The notes beneath the pieces were generated by a model. The model saw only the letters and a program-made list of their open reading frames with translations. It made no database searches and had not been told where the DNA came from. DNA of 64,000 bases from a bacterium (GTDB lineage: Bacteria; Bacillota; Clostridia; Christensenellales; Aristaeellaceae), in NCBI GenBank assembly GCA_004563405.1, contig SFTH01000003.1:41194-105193 (forward strand), given 5' to 3'. The translations under genes were made by a program, and so were the position numbers. Positions 63,476-64,000 of this stretch are shown here, in pieces (the first letter of the stretch is position 1; each line of letters starts with the position of its first letter).

Positions 63476-64000
63476 ATGGACAGCTTTTATCGCGAGTATC
63501 TGGACGCGGCGATGGATCGCAGCGGCACCAATTGTGAGAAGTGGGATCGCTGCGGGGAGCACTTTGGCCGGGATGGCCTGATCCCCATGTGGGTGGCGGA
63601 CATGGATTTTCCCACCGTCCCCGCCGTGGTGGACGCGCTGGTGGCGCGGGCGAAGCATCCGATTTACGGCTACACGGAGAACGGTGCGGAGGAGAAGCAG
63701 GCGGAGATCGGCTGGCTGCGCCGCCGCTACGGCCTGGAGGTCGATCCGGAGTGGATCCTCTACAGTCCGGGCGTGGTGGACAGCATCTTCTTCTGCGTGC
63801 GCGCGCTCACGCAGCCGGGAGACCGCGTGCTGATTCAGCCGCCGGTCTACGGTCCCTTCTATCGCGCGGTGGAGCTCTTTGAGCGCACGCTGGTGGAAAA
63901 CCCCCTGCGGCATACGGACGCGGGCTGGGAGATGGATTTCGAAGATCTGGAGCGGAAGCTGGCCGCAGGCGTGAAGCTGGTGATCCTCTGCAATCCCCAC
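63476..64000 (+). CDS. MalY/PatB-type PLP-dependent C-S lyase (cystathionine beta-lyase family), 3' end cut by window edge
   Basis: Hand-translated: MDSFYREYLDAAMDRSGTNCEKWD...MWVADMDFPTVP...IQPPVYGPFY...LCNPH. GGGAGG RBS. The frame is open to the window end, so it is absent from the ORF track. Confidence 0.8.
   Translation, partial: MDSFYREYLDAAMDRSGTNCEKWDRCGEHFGRDGLIPMWVADMDFPTVPAVVDALVARAKHPIYGYTENGAEEKQAEIGWLRRRYGLEVDPEWILYSPGVVDSIFFCVRALTQPGDRVLIQPPVYGPFYRAVELFERTLVENPLRHTDAGWEMDFEDLERKLAAGVKLVILCNPH

Overview
This is a gene-dense, visibly high-GC chromosomal segment. It looks like a spore-forming Firmicute of Clostridia type; that is inferred from the spoIIAA-spoIIAB-sigF operon, the SpoVD/SpoVE-type division genes and the IreB/RuvX/DUF1292 synteny. 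I call about 60 protein-coding genes. I recognised no rRNA, tRNA, CRISPR array, transposase or integrase. Gene order: mutL (5' partial), miaA and a PLP lyase-family gene; a PiT phosphate permease plus DUF47; lexA divergent from a division/cell-wall cluster (ftsL-like, PBP2B/SpoVD, murE, mraY, murD, ftsW/spoVE, ftsQ, ftsA, ftsZ); an ireB, AKR-ferredoxin, ruvX::DUF1292 operon; an AI-2E permease, a PRC-barrel protein and an orphan OmpR-type regulator; HAD, methyltransferase, and hslO followed by TPR, HEAT-like and zinc-ribbon proteins of unknown role; deoD; a RACo-type corrinoid activase plus DUF3786; two membrane-anchored envelope proteins; a stand-alone acetyl-CoA synthase gene (acsB); a sugar/polyol ABC locus flanked by two oxidoreductases; a BMP-family ABC transporter; an FTR-like mini-protein plus rubrerythrin; amidohydrolase, Smr, Dus, fucU and LysR; a class A PBP; the spoIIA operon; and patB/malY (3' partial). 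The main observations: (1) acsB is monocistronic, keeps all A-cluster ligands, and has no CODH, corrinoid-protein or methyltransferase neighbours, yet lies 2.6 kb from a RACo-DUF3786 operon; (2) RuvX and DUF1292 are fused in frame; (3) sigF has conserved coding sequence upstream of its first canonical start codon; (4) there is an 18-nt tandem coding repeat; (5) two non-coding blocks look structured. Many long antisense ORFs in the track are GC-driven shadow frames and were not called.
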